Of a stretch of 64,000 nt of DNA, positions 49,761 through 63,921 are shown in pieces. The notes below the pieces were generated by a model, which was not told the origin of the DNA, did no database searches, and saw only the letters and a program-made list of their open reading frames with translations. The position numbers and the translations under genes are program-made. Within the stretch, counting starts at the first letter, position 1; the number at the start of each line of letters is the position of its first letter. Source of the DNA: Planctomycetota bacterium (lineage in GTDB: Bacteria > Planctomycetota > UBA8108 > SXIK01). Location: assembly GCA_965223845.1 (NCBI GenBank), contig CBDCXR010000004.1, positions 64,001-128,000 of the forward strand, written 5' to 3'.

Positions 49761-50603
49761 ATGGACGTTTCGCTCGCGATGAAGAAAAGCACTGTACTGA
49801 AGGGCCCGATCTTGAAGGGCTCTGCTCTGAAGAGCCTGGGATTCGAGACCGCTGGAACGGCGGTGACGTCGCTGGTCCGCGGAGCTCAGCTCGGTCGTAC
49901 GGGCGAGCGTCCGGCCGGTTGGAGTCTCGATGCGATCGCCGGCCGCTTCGTCGAGCTCTCCGGGCAGGCGGCAACGGCAGTTCTCAGTCTGTCGTTTCGA
50001 TTGGTCGTCGAAGCGCAGAGAACCGGCGAACCCGTCGCGTGGATCACCGAGCGCGGGAGCAGCTTCTTTCCTCCGGACGCCGCGGACTGCGGTGTCGACC
50101 TCGACGCACTCGTCGTGATCGCGCTGCCGGCAGTGACAGAGGCGCCGCGTGCGGCCGACGTGCTCCTTCGCTCCGGAGGATTCGGGCTCGTCGTCGTCGA
50201 TTGGACTCACGCGTCGCGCGCCGTGGGGACGACGCGGGAGTGGCGGCGGGGAGGAGAGTTTCCCGCTGCGGCGCAGACGCGCCTCGCGGGGCTTGCGCGG
50301 AAGCATCGAGCGGCGTTTCTGTGCCTGACGGAGAAGAGGGAAGACGCCGCTTCGCTCGGTTCGCTCGTCTCGCTGCGGGCGGAAGCCGTACGGAGCGGTC
50401 TCGTCGAGATCGGAGCGAGTGAGAGAGGAGCCGGCGAGGTGAGAGGCGCCGGTGAGGTGTCGGCGACGCCGTCAGGATCGGCGGCGATGAAGAAAGCGGG
50501 TGGCGAGCGGTTCGGCTGCGAGGTCCGCGCACTCAAGGACAAGTGCTTGGGCGCCTCGTGGCAACACCGGGAGGTGTGCCGTGCGCCGGATGGCCTGTGT
50601 TGA
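49761..50603 (+). CDS. imuA: ImuA-like RecA-fold protein
   Basis: GRFVELSG, PVAWI..FFPPD..GVDLDAL, LLRSGGFGLVVVD; first gene of the imuB-dnaE2 cassette. Confidence 0.8.
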   Translation: MDVSLAMKKSTVLKGPILKGSALKSLGFETAGTAVTSLVRGAQLGRTGERPAGWSLDAIAGRFVELSGQAATAVLSLSFRLVVEAQRTGEPVAWITERGSSFFPPDAADCGVDLDALVVIALPAVTEAPRAADVLLRSGGFGLVVVDWTHASRAVGTTREWRRGGEFPAAAQTRLAGLARKHRAAFLCLTEKREDAASLGSLVSLRAEAVRSGLVEIGASERGAGEVRGAGEVSATPSGSAAMKKAGGERFGCEVRALKDKCLGASWQHREVCRAPDGLC

Positions 50604-52068
50604 CCTTCCTGCTCTGCCGCTCCAGCTCGCTCTCCGCCGGCATCCGGAGTGGCGCTCTCATCCCGTCGCGGTCGTCGATTGCGATAAGCCGCAGGGGCGC
50701 ATCCTGTGGGTGAGTGAATCGGCGCGCGCGGCGAGCATCCTCCCCGGGCTGCGTTACGCAGCAGCGCTGTCGCTCGTCGGTTCTCTGCGGGCGACCGAGG
50801 TACCCGCCGAGGAGATCGACCGCGCGGTGCGCGCTCTCGCCACGCGCCTGCGCGGTTTGACTCCCGCTGTCGAGCCGGCGAAGGAGGATCCCGGCGTGTT
50901 TTGGCTCGACGCCTCGGGACTCGAGGGCCTCTATCGCTCTCCCGCGGTGTGGGCGGAAGAGATCCGTTCGCTGCTCGCACGAACCGAGTGCATCCGCTCG
51001 ACCGTCGTCGTCGGGTTTCGTCGTTTTGCTACCTACGCTGTCGCGAAGGCGAGCCGTGGCATCACCGTCTTCGATGATCCGGACGCGGAGGGCGAAGCGA
51101 TGCGGAAAGTCCCTCTCGACAAGCTCGCCCTCGAACCAGCCGTGCGCGATGTGCTCGCGAAGCTCGGTGTGCTGACCGTAGGAGAGTTCGCGGCGCTGCC
51201 GCCCGATGGAATCCGCCGGCGCTTCGGGAAGAGAACATGGGAGCTCTACCGCGAGGCGACGGGTGAGGTCACAATCCCGTTTGAACCGGAGCATTCAGAG
51301 TCGCCGCTTCGCGGTGAGGTCCATTTGGATGGACCGGAGAGTGATCTGCTTCGGCTGCGGGTCGTGATCGCGCGTGCGCTTCAGCCTCTCCTCGGAGAGC
51401 TCGACGAACGGGACCGCGGGGTGGTGGAAGTGCGCGTGGATCTCGTCTTCGACGATGCCAGTCGGCGCACGGAGCGGCTTCGGCCGGCGCAGCCGACGAC
51501 GGATCTACTTCAACTCTCCGAGTTGATTCACTTGCGTCTCGCTCGGGCGAAGTTCACGGCGGGAGTGATCGACTTCGCGATCGCCATCCGTTCGACGCGA
51601 ATCGGACGGCGTCAGCTCGAGCTGTTCGAAGAAGCACCGCGCCGCGATGGTTTCGCCGCCGACCGAGCGCTCGCGCGCATCCGAGCGGAGTTCGGAGTCG
51701 ATGCCGTTGTGAAGGCCGTGCTGCAGCCGCGTCATCTACCCGAAGCGCTCTTCGCGTGGGCGCCGCTCGAGCACGTAGCCGCCCCCGAGCCGCGCTACGT
51801 GGAGCACGGTGCTCTCATCCGTCGCATCTACACGCCGCCTCTCGTCCTCCCGGCGCGGCCTCGTCACGAGCCCGACGGCTGGATGCTGCGCGGCCTCGAC
51901 CAAGGACCGGTCGTGCGCGTGAGCGGGCCATTTCTCGTCTCCGGTGGCTGGTGGCACCGCGCGGTCTACCGCGAGTACCACTTCGCCGAAACGAAGAGCG
52001 GCGAGATCCTTTGGGTGTTCTACGACCGCTTCCGCCGCCGCTGGCTCGTCCACGGGCGGGTCGAGTAA
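50581..52068 (+). CDS. imuB: ImuB, catalytically inactive Y-family polymerase
   Basis: [33 protein letters not shown] clamp-type motif, GP..VSGGWW..REY C-terminus. Confidence 0.88.
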   Translation: MRRMACVDLPALPLQLALRRHPEWRSHPVAVVDCDKPQGRILWVSESARAASILPGLRYAAALSLVGSLRATEVPAEEIDRAVRALATRLRGLTPAVEPAKEDPGVFWLDASGLEGLYRSPAVWAEEIRSLLARTECIRSTVVVGFRRFATYAVAKASRGITVFDDPDAEGEAMRKVPLDKLALEPAVRDVLAKLGVLTVGEFAALPPDGIRRRFGKRTWELYREATGEVTIPFEPEHSESPLRGEVHLDGPESDLLRLRVVIARALQPLLGELDERDRGVVEVRVDLVFDDASRRTERLRPAQPTTDLLQLSELIHLRLARAKFTAGVIDFAIAIRSTRIGRRQLELFEEAPRRDGFAADRALARIRAEFGVDAVVKAVLQPRHLPEALFAWAPLEHVAAPEPRYVEHGALIRRIYTPPLVLPARPRHEPDGWMLRGLDQGPVVRVSGPFLVSGGWWHRAVYREYHFAETKSGEILWVFYDRFRRRWLVHGRVE

Positions 52069-52160
52069 CTCCCGCCCTCGTCACCGAACCCGTTCCCGTT
52101 CCCGTTCCCGAACTAACTCCCATTCACAAAACGCACCGCTTTTCTATCAACCCAATCCTC

Positions 52161-55100
52161 ATGTCCGCGTACGTCCCTCTCTGGTGTAAGAGCAACTTCT
52201 CCTTTCTCGAGGGTGCCTCGCACCCGGAGGAACTCGTCGACGCGTGCAGTCAGCTCGGTCTTTCCGCGTTCGCGCTCACCGATAGAGACGGCGTGTACGG
52301 TGTTGTCGAGGCTCACGTTCGCGCTCGTGAATGTGGCGTTCGACTCATCATCGGTGCGGAGGTGTCGCTCGAGGACGATTCGACCTTGGTTCTCCTCGCG
52401 AGCGACCGAGGCGGATACGCGAATCTCTGCCGATTGATCACTCTCGGTCGTCGACGCTCGCCGAAGGGCGAGAGCGTCGTCCGGTGGGATGAAGTTTGCG
52501 CGCACGCCGAAGGAGTGCTCGCGCTCTGGGGAGGAGAACGAAGCTCGATCGTTCGACCCGTCGAGCCGCTCAGTACGGCGCAGCGCCTCGTTGAGGCGTT
52601 CGCCGGTCGTCTCTACGGCTTTGCCGTCCGTCACCGGCGGCCCGAGGAGAAGAGGACCGAGCAACTCCTTCGGCAGCGAGCCGAGCGGTATGGCTTTCCG
52701 ATCGTCGCGGGGAGCGAGGTTCTCTACCACCGGCGCGATCGGCGACGACTCCAAGACGTCCTGACGTGCATCCGCTGCGGCGAGGCGCTGGGCTCGATCG
52801 GTGACCGCACGAAGTCGAACGACGAGCACGCGCTCAAATCATCCCACGCGTTTCTGCGTCTCTTTTCGGACGATCCCCCTGCTGTGAGCCGCACGCTCGA
52901 GATCGCCGAGCGCTGCACGTTCTCTCTGGACGAGATTCGCTATCGCTATCCGGCGGAGGCTTTGCCGGACGGCACGACGACCTCGGAACGGCTGCGCGAG
53001 CTCGCGCTCGCGGGCGCCGCGGAGCGCTGCCGAGGGGACGTGTCCGCGGCGATGCGCGAGCAGATCGAAAAGGAGCTCTCGCTCATCGAGGAGCTCGATT
53101 ACGGCGGGTACTTTCTCACGATGTGGGAGATCGTCCAGTTCTGCCGGCGCGAGGGGATCCTCTGTCAGGGACGCGGCTCCGCAGCGAACTCTGCGGTGTG
53201 TTACGCGCTCGGGATCACGGCCGTCGATCCGGTCAAGATGGGGCTTCTCTTCGAGCGCTTTCTGTCGCGCGAGCGCGCCGAGCCACCTGACATCGATCTC
53301 GACATCGAGCACGCACGGCGCGAAGAGGTGATTCAGCACGTCTTCGCGAAGTACGGCCGCCGGCACGCGGCGATGGTGGCGAACATCGTTCGCTACCGCG
53401 CTCGTTCGGCGGTGCGCGATGTGGGAAAAGCCCTCGGCCTCGCCGAGACGGCGCTCGATCGACTCGCGAAGCTCCTTTCGCCGTACGACGCCATCGATCC
53501 ACGCGTTCTTTCGGAAGCGGGTCTCGATCCGCGGCAGTGTGTCTACAGCTTCCTCGTCGAGCTCGCGAATGAGATCATCGACTTCCCGCGGCATCTGTCG
53601 ATCCATCCCGGTGGATTTCTTCTCGGACACGAGCCGGTGTGTGATCTCGTCCCGATCGAAAACGCCTCCATGGACGATCGGACGGTGATTCAGTGGGACA
53701 AGGACAGTCTCGAGGAGCTCTGTCTCTTCAAGGTCGATCTCCTCGGGCTCGGTGCTCTCACTCAGCTCCATCTCGGCTTCGATCTGCTCGCGGAGCACTA
53801 CGGGAAGGACATCGACATGGCGTCGATTCCGAGCGCGGATGCTCCGACGTTCGACATGATCTGCCGGGCGGACACGGTGGGGGTGTTCCAGATCGAAAGT
53901 CGAGCGCAGATGGCGATGCTCCCACGGCTGAAACCGCGAACGTACTACGATCTCGTGATCGAGGTGAGCATCGTTCGTCCGGGGCCGATTACGGGCGGCA
54001 TGGTCCATCCGTATCTGCGCCGGCGGTCGGGGGAAGAGTCGGTGGTCTATCCCCACGAATGCCTCGAGCCCGTGCTCAAGAAGACGCTCGGTGTCCCTCT
54101 CTTTCAAGAGCAGGTGATCCGTCTCGCGATGGTCGCGGCCGATTACACGCCGGGGGAGGCGGATCAACTCCGTCGCGACATGGCGGCGTGGCGGAAGACA
54201 GGACGCATCGAACGCCATCGCGAACGCTTGGTGAGCCGCATGGCGGAGAAGGGGATCGCGCGCGAGTTTTCCGAGCGCGTGTTCGAGCAGATTCGAGGGT
54301 TCGGTGAGTACGGCTTTCCCGAGAGCCACGCGGCGAGCTTCGCGCTCATCGCCTACGCCGGTGCATGGATGAAGCGTCATTTTCCCGATGTCTTTGCGTG
54401 TAGTCTTCTCAATGCCCTCCCGATGGGTTTTTATTCCGCCGCGACCATCCTCGATGACGCCCGACGACACGGCATCGAGGTGCGGCCGACGGACGTGACG
54501 GTGAGTCGCTGGGAGTGTACGCTCGAGCCCATCGCCGGAAACGCCGAGCGCTACGCGATTCGCCTTGGCGCGCAGTTCGTCAAGGGACTCCGCCGAGCAG
54601 AGTGGGAGCGGGTCGAGCACGCGCGCGCACGGCGGCCGTTTGCATCCGTCGAGGAGGTCTCTCGACGGACGCGCCTCGACGCCGGAGCACTCACACGCCT
54701 CGCCGAAGTCGGTGCTTTTACTCGGCTCGAGGAAAGTCGCCGGCAAGCGCTTTGGACGACGAAGGGAGCCGCGCGTCTCGAAGAGACTCCTCTCGAGATC
54801 TCGATCGACGAAAGGAAGCCTCGCTTCGTCGGTCTCGACGCCTTCGAGAAAGTCGCGTGGGACTACTCGAGCTCCGGCGTCAGCGCGGCAGGGCATCCGC
54901 TCGCCTTCTTTCGCGAGCAGCTCACCGCGCTAGGGCTTCCCGATGCCCGCAGCGTCAACAGCCAGCCGAACGGACGGCGAGTTCGTTACGCCGGTTTCGT
55001 GATCTGCCGCCAGCGCCCGGGAACGGCTTCGGGTGTCGTGTTCATGACGCTCGAAGACGAGAGCGGATTCGTCAATCTCGTGATCTGGAGCCGAGTGTTC

Positions 55101-55256
55101 GAGAAAAACGCGCTGCTCCTCAAGACGACGCACTTTCTCGGCGTGAGCGGGAAGCTGCAAGTCGAGGACGGAGTCGCCCACATCATCGCCGATCGTTTTT
55201 GGCGTCCGGAGCTCGACGTCGGGAGTGCTCGCTCCGGCAGTCGCGACTTTCACTGA
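52161..55256 (+). CDS. dnaE2: Error-prone DNA polymerase DnaE2
   Basis: [50 protein letters not shown]-terminal SRDFH. Confidence 0.97.
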   Translation: MSAYVPLWCKSNFSFLEGASHPEELVDACSQLGLSAFALTDRDGVYGVVEAHVRARECGVRLIIGAEVSLEDDSTLVLLASDRGGYANLCRLITLGRRRSPKGESVVRWDEVCAHAEGVLALWGGERSSIVRPVEPLSTAQRLVEAFAGRLYGFAVRHRRPEEKRTEQLLRQRAERYGFPIVAGSEVLYHRRDRRRLQDVLTCIRCGEALGSIGDRTKSNDEHALKSSHAFLRLFSDDPPAVSRTLEIAERCTFSLDEIRYRYPAEALPDGTTTSERLRELALAGAAERCRGDVSAAMREQIEKELSLIEELDYGGYFLTMWEIVQFCRREGILCQGRGSAANSAVCYALGITAVDPVKMGLLFERFLSRERAEPPDIDLDIEHARREEVIQHVFAKYGRRHAAMVANIVRYRARSAVRDVGKALGLAETALDRLAKLLSPYDAIDPRVLSEAGLDPRQCVYSFLVELANEIIDFPRHLSIHPGGFLLGHEPVCDLVPIENASMDDRTVIQWDKDSLEELCLFKVDLLGLGALTQLHLGFDLLAEHYGKDIDMASIPSADAPTFDMICRADTVGVFQIESRAQMAMLPRLKPRTYYDLVIEVSIVRPGPITGGMVHPYLRRRSGEESVVYPHECLEPVLKKTLGVPLFQEQVIRLAMVAADYTPGEADQLRRDMAAWRKTGRIERHRERLVSRMAEKGIAREFSERVFEQIRGFGEYGFPESHAASFALIAYAGAWMKRHFPDVFACSLLNALPMGFYSAATILDDARRHGIEVRPTDVTVSRWECTLEPIAGNAERYAIRLGAQFVKGLRRAEWERVEHARARRPFASVEEVSRRTRLDAGALTRLAEVGAFTRLEESRRQALWTTKGAARLEETPLEISIDERKPRFVGLDAFEKVAWDYSSSGVSAAGHPLAFFREQLTALGLPDARSVNSQPNGRRVRYAGFVICRQRPGTASGVVFMTLEDESGFVNLVIWSRVFEKNALLLKTTHFLGVSGKLQVEDGVAHIIADRFWRPELDVGSARSGSRDFH

Positions 55257-55330
55257 CGATGTTCACCGTCCTATGAAGAGGATTCACCACGAAGTGCACG
55301 AAGGAAGAAGAGATAGAGGTGTAGAGAGAT

Positions 55331-55372
55331 AAAAAAACAGCCCCTGAACAAGCGCACTTGTTCAGGGGCTGT
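55331..55372 (-). terminator. Rho-independent terminator of the acidic dockerin gene
   Basis: ACAGCCCCTGAACAAG-cgca-CTTGTTCAGGGGCTGT perfect 16-bp stem plus A-tract. Confidence 0.9.
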
Positions 55373-55400
55373 ACCGAATCGACGAAAACAGGACCGGTGT

Positions 55401-57194
<1,794 letters not shown>

Positions 57195-57660
57195 GATTTC
57201 CTCCTTCGTGACTCCATCGCGTGGAGTCCGAACCTAAAACGAGCACGTGAGGCGGCGATTCCGAGAACCGGTCGACGCCTCTACGCGTAGATCTTCGAAC
57301 GACGACCCGATTCGTTCCACCCGCGATGGCCGACTCCGACCAAGCGCGAACGACGAAGCCGCACACCGTGTGCGGTCGCCCGAGCGGCGAATCAGTCCCA
57401 ACCTCTTCCTCCGTGTCATCAGACCCACGGTGGCGCGTGGATGACGAGCCACCACGATCACGATCCAGTGTAGCAAATCCGTGGCCGCCGCGAATCAGCA
57501 CGCCGTCGAGAGTGGGAGCCGGCAGGACTTAGTGGGTCCAGGTCAGCGCCGATGTAAAGCCGTATTGGCAGACCGGCCGCGGAGAATGAAGGAATCGTTC
57601 GTTCCCGGATGGATCTGGATTCTGGATCTGTGTTCGTTGAGTGTCAGGGTCGAGCGAGCC

Positions 57661-58608
57661 TCAGGCGCACGAGGCCTCGCAATCGAGATCGTCGACCGTG
57701 GGATCCAACCCGCAGGACGCGGCGGGAGGCGGGATGACGAAACTATCCGAGAACAGCGTGTTCAGCAGCGCAATCGGGTCGGCAATGTTGAATTTTCCGT
57801 CATCGTTTACGTCGGCAGCCCGTCGGCATCCGATTCGATCGCTGCCGAAGAGCGCTCCGAGAGCCGCGATCGCGTCCGCGATGTTGACCTCTTCGTCTCC
57901 GTTCACTTCGCCTCGTCGAAACGAGTGGGGAGGGGGATCGAGGCGAGAGAATTCGAACGTGCCGATGACGGTATCGCCGAGCGGCGCGTTGGTGATCCTC
58001 ACGATCGGCTCGGGTGGTGAAGTCTCTTCGTTCGGCGATCGATACGTCTCACCGCTGTCCGTGCCGGCGTCGTAGCCGTGGAGCGGGACGACGAGGTGTT
58101 CCACCCATGCGTCGTCGCGGCGAAGCGACAGAGCGGACACTCCGACGAACCAATCGGGGCTCGGTGCGATCATCGAAACAATGGTGACCAGCGGATACTC
58201 CTCCGATACCTCGAACTCGACTTCCGCGGCGCCCGGGCTGCGGCCGATTCCCGGACCCGATAGGATCGCGCCGGCACGTCCCGCGTCGATGGCCTCCTGC
58301 ACCTCGGTCGTGAGTGGCGATTTCGACCCGCGCTCTGCCATCGCACGAATCCCGGGAGTAGCGAAGCCGCCGGATTCCCAGAAGCGCGCTTCGCCGCTGT
58401 GCGTCCCTCCGACGAGTCCGGAGAAGTGCGGCGAAGACGGAAACTCCGTCGGGTGCGTTTCCGCGCTCCAGGTCGACTCGAATCGAACGCGGTATCGCGC
58501 CGTATCGGCGGGAGCGGTGTTCGCCAGACTCGCGGCGAGCCCGAGGGCGAGAACCCATCGACGAGGCGCGAGAAGACGGTCGAGATTCGAGATCCGCAAA
58601 CTGGGCAC
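57661..58608 (-). CDS. Spondin_N domain protein with C-terminal dockerin-like domain
   Basis: PHFSGLVGGTH, MIAPSPDWFVG, YDAGTDSG; FRRGEVNGD..AADVNDDG. Confidence 0.9.
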   Translation of the reverse strand: MPSLRISNLDRLLAPRRWVLALGLAASLANTAPADTARYRVRFESTWSAETHPTEFPSSPHFSGLVGGTHSGEARFWESGGFATPGIRAMAERGSKSPLTTEVQEAIDAGRAGAILSGPGIGRSPGAAEVEFEVSEEYPLVTIVSMIAPSPDWFVGVSALSLRRDDAWVEHLVVPLHGYDAGTDSGETYRSPNEETSPPEPIVRITNAPLGDTVIGTFEFSRLDPPPHSFRRGEVNGDEEVNIADAIAALGALFGSDRIGCRRAADVNDDGKFNIADPIALLNTLFSDSFVIPPPAASCGLDPTVDDLDCEASCA

Positions 58609-59048
58609 GGTTGCCTCCCTCGGTCCTTTGCACGATCGGGATACGGCCGGTCGAGTGTACGTTCGGTCCGGTGACGAGGATTCGCTCGGCTGAGCGAGCT
58701 GGTTACATCGGATCTCTCCCCGGGGTCGATTCCCCGTGGCTCGCGATCAGGCGCGATTACCTCCATCCTTCCCGCGACCGGTCCGTCTGTCGATGATTTC
58801 GTCTGCCGGCCGAGTGTCCTTCAGACGGCCCGAACCGGCGGACGGGAGCTCGACGGGACGATCGGACAATCCGTGTTTCCCGCGCCTGCGGGAGCTACCG
58901 AGGTGAACTTGACGATGCTGGGGTTTCTTTTGCCTGACCTCTGGCTAAACTTCAGGGTTCAGCCGGGCTCGGTTCGTCGTCCCCGCGCGGGAGCGACGCG
59001 CGCGGAGCGAACCACGAGAAGTATCGAAGTTCTCAGCGGAGATTCGAC

Positions 59049-60095
59049 ATGAGTGGAAACAACTATCCGAAGTTACACAACGCTGCCTGGCCCGGAGTCG
59101 TCGGCAAGGGCCCGGACGCGGAGGAGCCGTTCTTCGAGCTCGAGCGCATGCTCGACTTCACGGCGGCCGCCGAGGTCGACGGCGTCAAATTCGATGGCGT
59201 CGATCTCTTTCTGAGCGCTCCACACGTCGATATCGAATCCTCCGAGGACGACCTCAAGGCGCTCGCCGACAAGGTGAACGCTCGCGGACTAAGCGTCGGC
59301 TCGGTCGTCGCGCCGGTGTGGCCGCCGACGGGCGGCGGGCCCGCGATGGGAAACGCGGACGAGCGCGCGCTCTTCGTCGAGATGGTGAAGAAGGCCTGTG
59401 GGATCGCTCAGACCCTCAACAAGTTGGGCGTTCGACAGAGCGGCGTGGTTCGCATTGATTCGGCGGTCGACCCGGGGACGTGGGCCGCGGATCCCGACGG
59501 AACAAAGAAGATCGCCGACACGTTTCGCGAAGCCTGCGATGTCGCCGACGCGCACGGCGAGCGGCTCGCCGCGGAAGGAGAGATCTGCTGGGGCGGGATG
59601 CACAGCTGGACGGAGATGATTCGCCTTCTCGAGATGGTCGATCGGCCGAATACCCTCGGCTTCCAAGCGGACCTCGCGCACACGCTGCTCTACCTTCTCG
59701 GCTACAACGCTCCGGACTCTGCGCTGCTGCCGGAGAACTTCGATTGGTCGAACAAGGATCAGTTCGGAGAAGCGTACAAGAAGCTGACCGACGCGCTTCG
59801 CCCGTGGACGATCGACTTTCATGTCGCTCAGAACGACGCGACGGTGAAGGGCTCCGGCTCGCACGACAAGACGGGGCGTCACTGCCTCCCGAACGACCCG
59901 AGCGGGAAGCTCGACGTCGTCTGGGCGTCCGGTCACTGGCTGCGGGATGGGGACGGCAACGTTACGAAGACATGCCGCCACATTTGCTGGGACGGCTGCA
60001 TGTTCCCGAACGCCGTGATGGAAGATCCGCAGACGTGGAACGACATTCTCGCCGTGATGATCCAAGTGCGGAACGCGCACGGCTGGTCGGAGTAG
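59049..60095 (+). CDS. Sugar phosphate isomerase/epimerase (xylose-isomerase-like TIM barrel)
   Basis: [52 protein letters not shown]. Confidence 0.85.
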   Translation: MSGNNYPKLHNAAWPGVVGKGPDAEEPFFELERMLDFTAAAEVDGVKFDGVDLFLSAPHVDIESSEDDLKALADKVNARGLSVGSVVAPVWPPTGGGPAMGNADERALFVEMVKKACGIAQTLNKLGVRQSGVVRIDSAVDPGTWAADPDGTKKIADTFREACDVADAHGERLAAEGEICWGGMHSWTEMIRLLEMVDRPNTLGFQADLAHTLLYLLGYNAPDSALLPENFDWSNKDQFGEAYKKLTDALRPWTIDFHVAQNDATVKGSGSHDKTGRHCLPNDPSGKLDVVWASGHWLRDGDGNVTKTCRHICWDGCMFPNAVMEDPQTWNDILAVMIQVRNAHGWSE

Positions 60096-60244
60096 CGACG
60101 GGCGCGCGGTGATTCAGAAGGCCTCGGGAACCGCGGGCTCCGAGGCCTTCTCGCTTTGACGAACTCTGGGCGGTGCTGGCGTTCCCGCGGCGTCAGGGTC
60201 TCGGAGTTTTCACCACTCCCACGTTCCATCCTCCCGATCCAGAT

Positions 60245-62218
60245 TCACTCCGGACCGTCCGTCCGAAACGGCGACGCAGGCAATCCCTCCTGATTGTAGA
60301 GATTGCACTCGGGATTGTTTGCCCAGGCGTAGCGCACCGCCACGGGGCGCTCGACCTTCGGCGATGAGACGACGATCGTGCTCCCGCGGATTTCGGCCTC
60401 GGCCCAGACGAACTTTCCGTCGTCGCCCGCGATGGCGAATCCTTTGAGCTCGCCTCCGCCGCGAGCGACGAGGCCACCGCCGACGTGGTCGAACTCGACG
60501 ACCATCGAGTTGCCGTCGGCGCGTGCACCTTTCGCCGTCGGTCCGGAATGCACGATCTTTTCGCCGTAAGCGATACCTCGCGCCGAGAGCGCCAGTCGGC
60601 GGCCGACGTCTTGCTTGTTTTTGGGATGGATGTCGTTCGCTTCGCCGATGTCGATGATGACCGCGACGCCGACCTTGGGATCGTTTGCCGCGGTGAGCGA
60701 CTGCGCTTCGCGAAGCTCGGCCCAGTTCGATTCAGTGGGTTTGTCGTTTCGCGCCATGAAGTTGGCGAGCTGAACGATGAAGAACGGAAAGTCGCCGACG
60801 CCGAACCGGGAGCGCCAGTCGGCGATCATCGTCGGAAGTAGGGTTCGGTACTGCGCGGGGCGACCGGCATTCGATTCGCCCTGATACCAGATCGCTCCCT
60901 TGATTGCGTACGGGACGAGCGGAGCGATCATTCCGTTGTAGAGGACCGTCGTCACGTTCGGGTTCGATCCGGCTGGGCGCGGTGGCGTGCCCGTCTCTCG
61001 GACGCTCTTCCCGGGGCGGAACCGCCATTCGCCGGCGAGTGAGATCGGATTTGCGTCCGCCCCGGCGCGGAGCCGCATCTGAGCCGCCTCGCCGTAGATC
61101 CCGCCGCCGCCGCCCGTGTCGAGAACTCGAATCGCGATGATGTTCCGCCCCGCTCGTACCGCCGACGCGGGCACGGAATACCGGCGCGAGCGCCGCCAGT
61201 CCGCCGTCGAGCCGATCTCGATTCCATTGAAGAACGTGGAGTCGGCGTCGTCGATCGGCCCGAGATCGAGCGTGAGCTTCTTCCCCGCCCAGCTCTCGGG
61301 GATGGTCACCTCGCGGCGAAACCACATCAGTCCGTCGAAGTCGGGAAATCCGGCGCGTTCCCACTGAGTCGGGAGCGACATCGTTCGCCACGCCGACGCG
61401 TCGAGATCGACGGCCGCCCAACTCGGTCGTCCGGGCGCGCTCCCCGGATCGTTCGTGCGGTACCACTCGGAGAGCTCGCGCTCGAACGAGTACTTCCCCT
61501 TCTTTTTCGCTTCGGCCGCGGCGACAAACCGCTCCACCGGCGCGCGGAAGTCGTCCATCGTGCGGAGCGCTCGCGCGCTCGTCCACGCTTCGGCGACCGT
61601 CCCTCCCCACGCGGACTGGATGAGTCCGATCGGTACGTCAAGGGACTCGTGAAGCGAACGGCCGAAGTAGTAGCCGACGGCGGTGAACGACGCGATCGTT
61701 TCCGGCTGGCACACGGACCAAGACGCGTCGACCGTCGCCCGAGGAGTGTCCGAGATTCTGCGGGGAACCTTGAAGAGTCGGATCTTCGGGTGGTTTGCCG
61801 CGGCGATCTCGCGATCGGGATCCTTGGACGCCCGGACGCTCCACTCCATGTTCGACTGACCGGAGCAGATCCACACGTCGCCGACGAGGATGTCGTTCAC
61901 CTCGCGACTCGCCGGCCCCGAGATTTTCATTCGGTGCGGGCCGCCGGCGGGAAGCGGTGCGAGGTGGACGGTCCAGCGGCCGTCGGGTTCGGCGCGAGTG
62001 CGCGCAGCGACCGTTGCGACGGAAACTTCGACCGTGGCGCCGGGTTCGGTCCAGCCCCAGACGCGGGTCTTCACTCCGCGCTGGAGAACCATGTGATCGG
62101 AAAACAGCGGATGGAGAAATGGACGATCGTCGGCGAGCGCAAGCGTCGAACTGACGGAGCCCGCTGAGAAGGCGATCAACGTGACGAGTCGAAATGTCGA
62201 AGCAGAAGATCGATTCAT
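60245..62218 (-). CDS. Sialate O-acetylesterase (SASA) with jelly-roll insert
   Basis: FSDHMVLQR, CSGQSNM, IWYQGESN, DIHPKNK, GLPASPFRTD. Confidence 0.93.
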   Translation of the reverse strand: MNRSSASTFRLVTLIAFSAGSVSSTLALADDRPFLHPLFSDHMVLQRGVKTRVWGWTEPGATVEVSVATVAARTRAEPDGRWTVHLAPLPAGGPHRMKISGPASREVNDILVGDVWICSGQSNMEWSVRASKDPDREIAAANHPKIRLFKVPRRISDTPRATVDASWSVCQPETIASFTAVGYYFGRSLHESLDVPIGLIQSAWGGTVAEAWTSARALRTMDDFRAPVERFVAAAEAKKKGKYSFERELSEWYRTNDPGSAPGRPSWAAVDLDASAWRTMSLPTQWERAGFPDFDGLMWFRREVTIPESWAGKKLTLDLGPIDDADSTFFNGIEIGSTADWRRSRRYSVPASAVRAGRNIIAIRVLDTGGGGGIYGEAAQMRLRAGADANPISLAGEWRFRPGKSVRETGTPPRPAGSNPNVTTVLYNGMIAPLVPYAIKGAIWYQGESNAGRPAQYRTLLPTMIADWRSRFGVGDFPFFIVQLANFMARNDKPTESNWAELREAQSLTAANDPKVGVAVIIDIGEANDIHPKNKQDVGRRLALSARGIAYGEKIVHSGPTAKGARADGNSMVVEFDHVGGGLVARGGGELKGFAIAGDDGKFVWAEAEIRGSTIVVSSPKVERPVAVRYAWANNPECNLYNQEGLPASPFRTDGPE

Positions 62219-62409
62219 TGCACGGCCTTTCTCGATGAGGTTTCGACGCATGATACTCGACGCGATCGATGTCGCCGCGGAGCATTCCGAGAACGCGTGG
62301 ACTTTCGCCGCCATGGGCGCGACGCCGTCGGGTTCACTCCCCGCTCTCAGCGCCCGGTGGTATAGTGTCGGGCCAAACGACGACACGTACGTCCCAGCGG
62401 AGAAGCGAG

Positions 62410-63849
62410 ATGCCCCAGTACGAAATGTTCATCGGCGGTGAGTGGAAAGGCGCGAGCGCCACTCTCGACGTTCTCAATCCGGCCACCGAAGAAGTCCTCG
62501 GCACCGTACCCTCCGCGTCCCTCGAACAAGTCGAGGAGGCGCTCGAGAGTGCTCGACGCGCGCAAAAGGCGTGGGGGCGACTCACGGGAGTCGAGCGGGG
62601 CAACGTCCTTCGAAAGTGGGCCGACCTCGTCGATGCGAATCGCGACTCCCTCGCTCGGCTCCTTTCGCAGGAAGTCGGAAAGCCGCTCAAGGAGGCGTAC
62701 GGCGAGATCGACTTCGGGAACAGTTGGTTCCGCTACTACGCGGAGTTCGACCGACGCATCGAGGGCGACATTCTCGCACCCGACAAGCCGAACGAGCAGA
62801 TGTGGATCGTCCCGCAGCCGGTCGGCGTCGTCGTCGGGATCATCGCGTGGAACTTTCCTATCGCTGTGGCCATTCGCAAGATCGCACCCGTGCTCATCGC
62901 CGGGAACAGCCTCGTTCTGAAGCCGCACGAGGACACGTCGGTGAGTGTGCTCGAGCTCTGTAAGCTCGCCGAGGCCGCGGGTGTTCCACCCGGAGTCGTC
63001 AACGTGGTCACGGGAACTGGCGAGACGGTCGGCGAAGCTCTCACCCGGAGTCCGATCCCCGACGTAATTTCGTTTACGGGGAGCGTGCCGACCGGAAAGC
63101 GGATCGCCAGGGTCGCCGCCGAAAACGTGACTTCCGTCTCACTCGAGATGGGCGGGAAGGCGCCGTTCATCGTCATGGACGACTGCGACCTCGACGCCGC
63201 CGTCGACACCGCGATCTTTTCGCGTTTCCTCAATTGCGGACAGATCTGTATCGCGAACGAGCGGACGTACCTCCACCGGTCGATCGCGCCCGCGTTTCTC
63301 GATCGATTCGTCGAGAGAATCAAGGCGATGCGCGTCGGCGATCCCCTCGACGAGTCCACCGAGCTCGGTCCCAAAGTGAGCCGCGTCGAACTCGACAAGG
63401 TCGACGCGTTCGTCGAAGCGGCGAAGAAGGACGGTGCGTCCGCGCTCGTCGGCGGGAGTCGGCTCTCGGGCCCGGGTTACGAGAAGGGCTATTGGTACTC
63501 GCCGACCGTCCTCGTCGACGTGCGCCAAGATATGGACATCATGCAGAAAGAGGTGTTCGGTCCCGTCGTGCCCGTCATGGAGTTCGACGATTTCGAGCAG
63601 GGACTCGAGCTCGCCAACGACTCGCGATACGGCCTCGCGGCGTACCTCTTCACGAACGACGTCCACCGAATCATGCGCGCGGTACGCGACATGGAGTGCG
63701 GTGAGCTCTACATCAATCGCGGTCCGGGGGAGTCGATCCACGGCTACCACACGGGATGGAAGCAGAGCGGGATCGGCGGAGACGACGGCAAGTACGGACT
63801 CGAGCACTTCCTCAGAAAAAAGACCGTTTACTTGCGCTACAACGGGTGA
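62410..63849 (+). CDS. aldA: NAD-dependent aldehyde dehydrogenase (AldA-like)
   Basis: AWNFP, FTGS, LEMGGKAP, NCGQICIANER, EVFGP, GDDGKYG. Confidence 0.85.
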   Translation: MPQYEMFIGGEWKGASATLDVLNPATEEVLGTVPSASLEQVEEALESARRAQKAWGRLTGVERGNVLRKWADLVDANRDSLARLLSQEVGKPLKEAYGEIDFGNSWFRYYAEFDRRIEGDILAPDKPNEQMWIVPQPVGVVVGIIAWNFPIAVAIRKIAPVLIAGNSLVLKPHEDTSVSVLELCKLAEAAGVPPGVVNVVTGTGETVGEALTRSPIPDVISFTGSVPTGKRIARVAAENVTSVSLEMGGKAPFIVMDDCDLDAAVDTAIFSRFLNCGQICIANERTYLHRSIAPAFLDRFVERIKAMRVGDPLDESTELGPKVSRVELDKVDAFVEAAKKDGASALVGGSRLSGPGYEKGYWYSPTVLVDVRQDMDIMQKEVFGPVVPVMEFDDFEQGLELANDSRYGLAAYLFTNDVHRIMRAVRDMECGELYINRGPGESIHGYHTGWKQSGIGGDDGKYGLEHFLRKKTVYLRYNG

Positions 63850-63921
63850 TCGGACGGGAAATCCCCTCGCGGATGCCGCTCCGGGCGCGGAGAATCAAGG
63901 TCGGCAGAGAGAGGCGACGAC

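Noticed and set aside
52088-52110. (CCCGTT)n repeat between imuB and dnaE2
   Set aside because: Three to four units of a simple intergenic microsatellite; no evidence of function
51756-52160. N-terminal extension of DnaE2 in the ORF track
   Set aside because: Overlaps imuB and is Arg/Pro-rich noise; the PHP domain starts at ATG 52161
57195-57660. Riboswitch in the long leader of the acidic dockerin gene
   Set aside because: Only a short GACTCCA/TGGAGTC hairpin near the SD; no riboswitch consensus recognised
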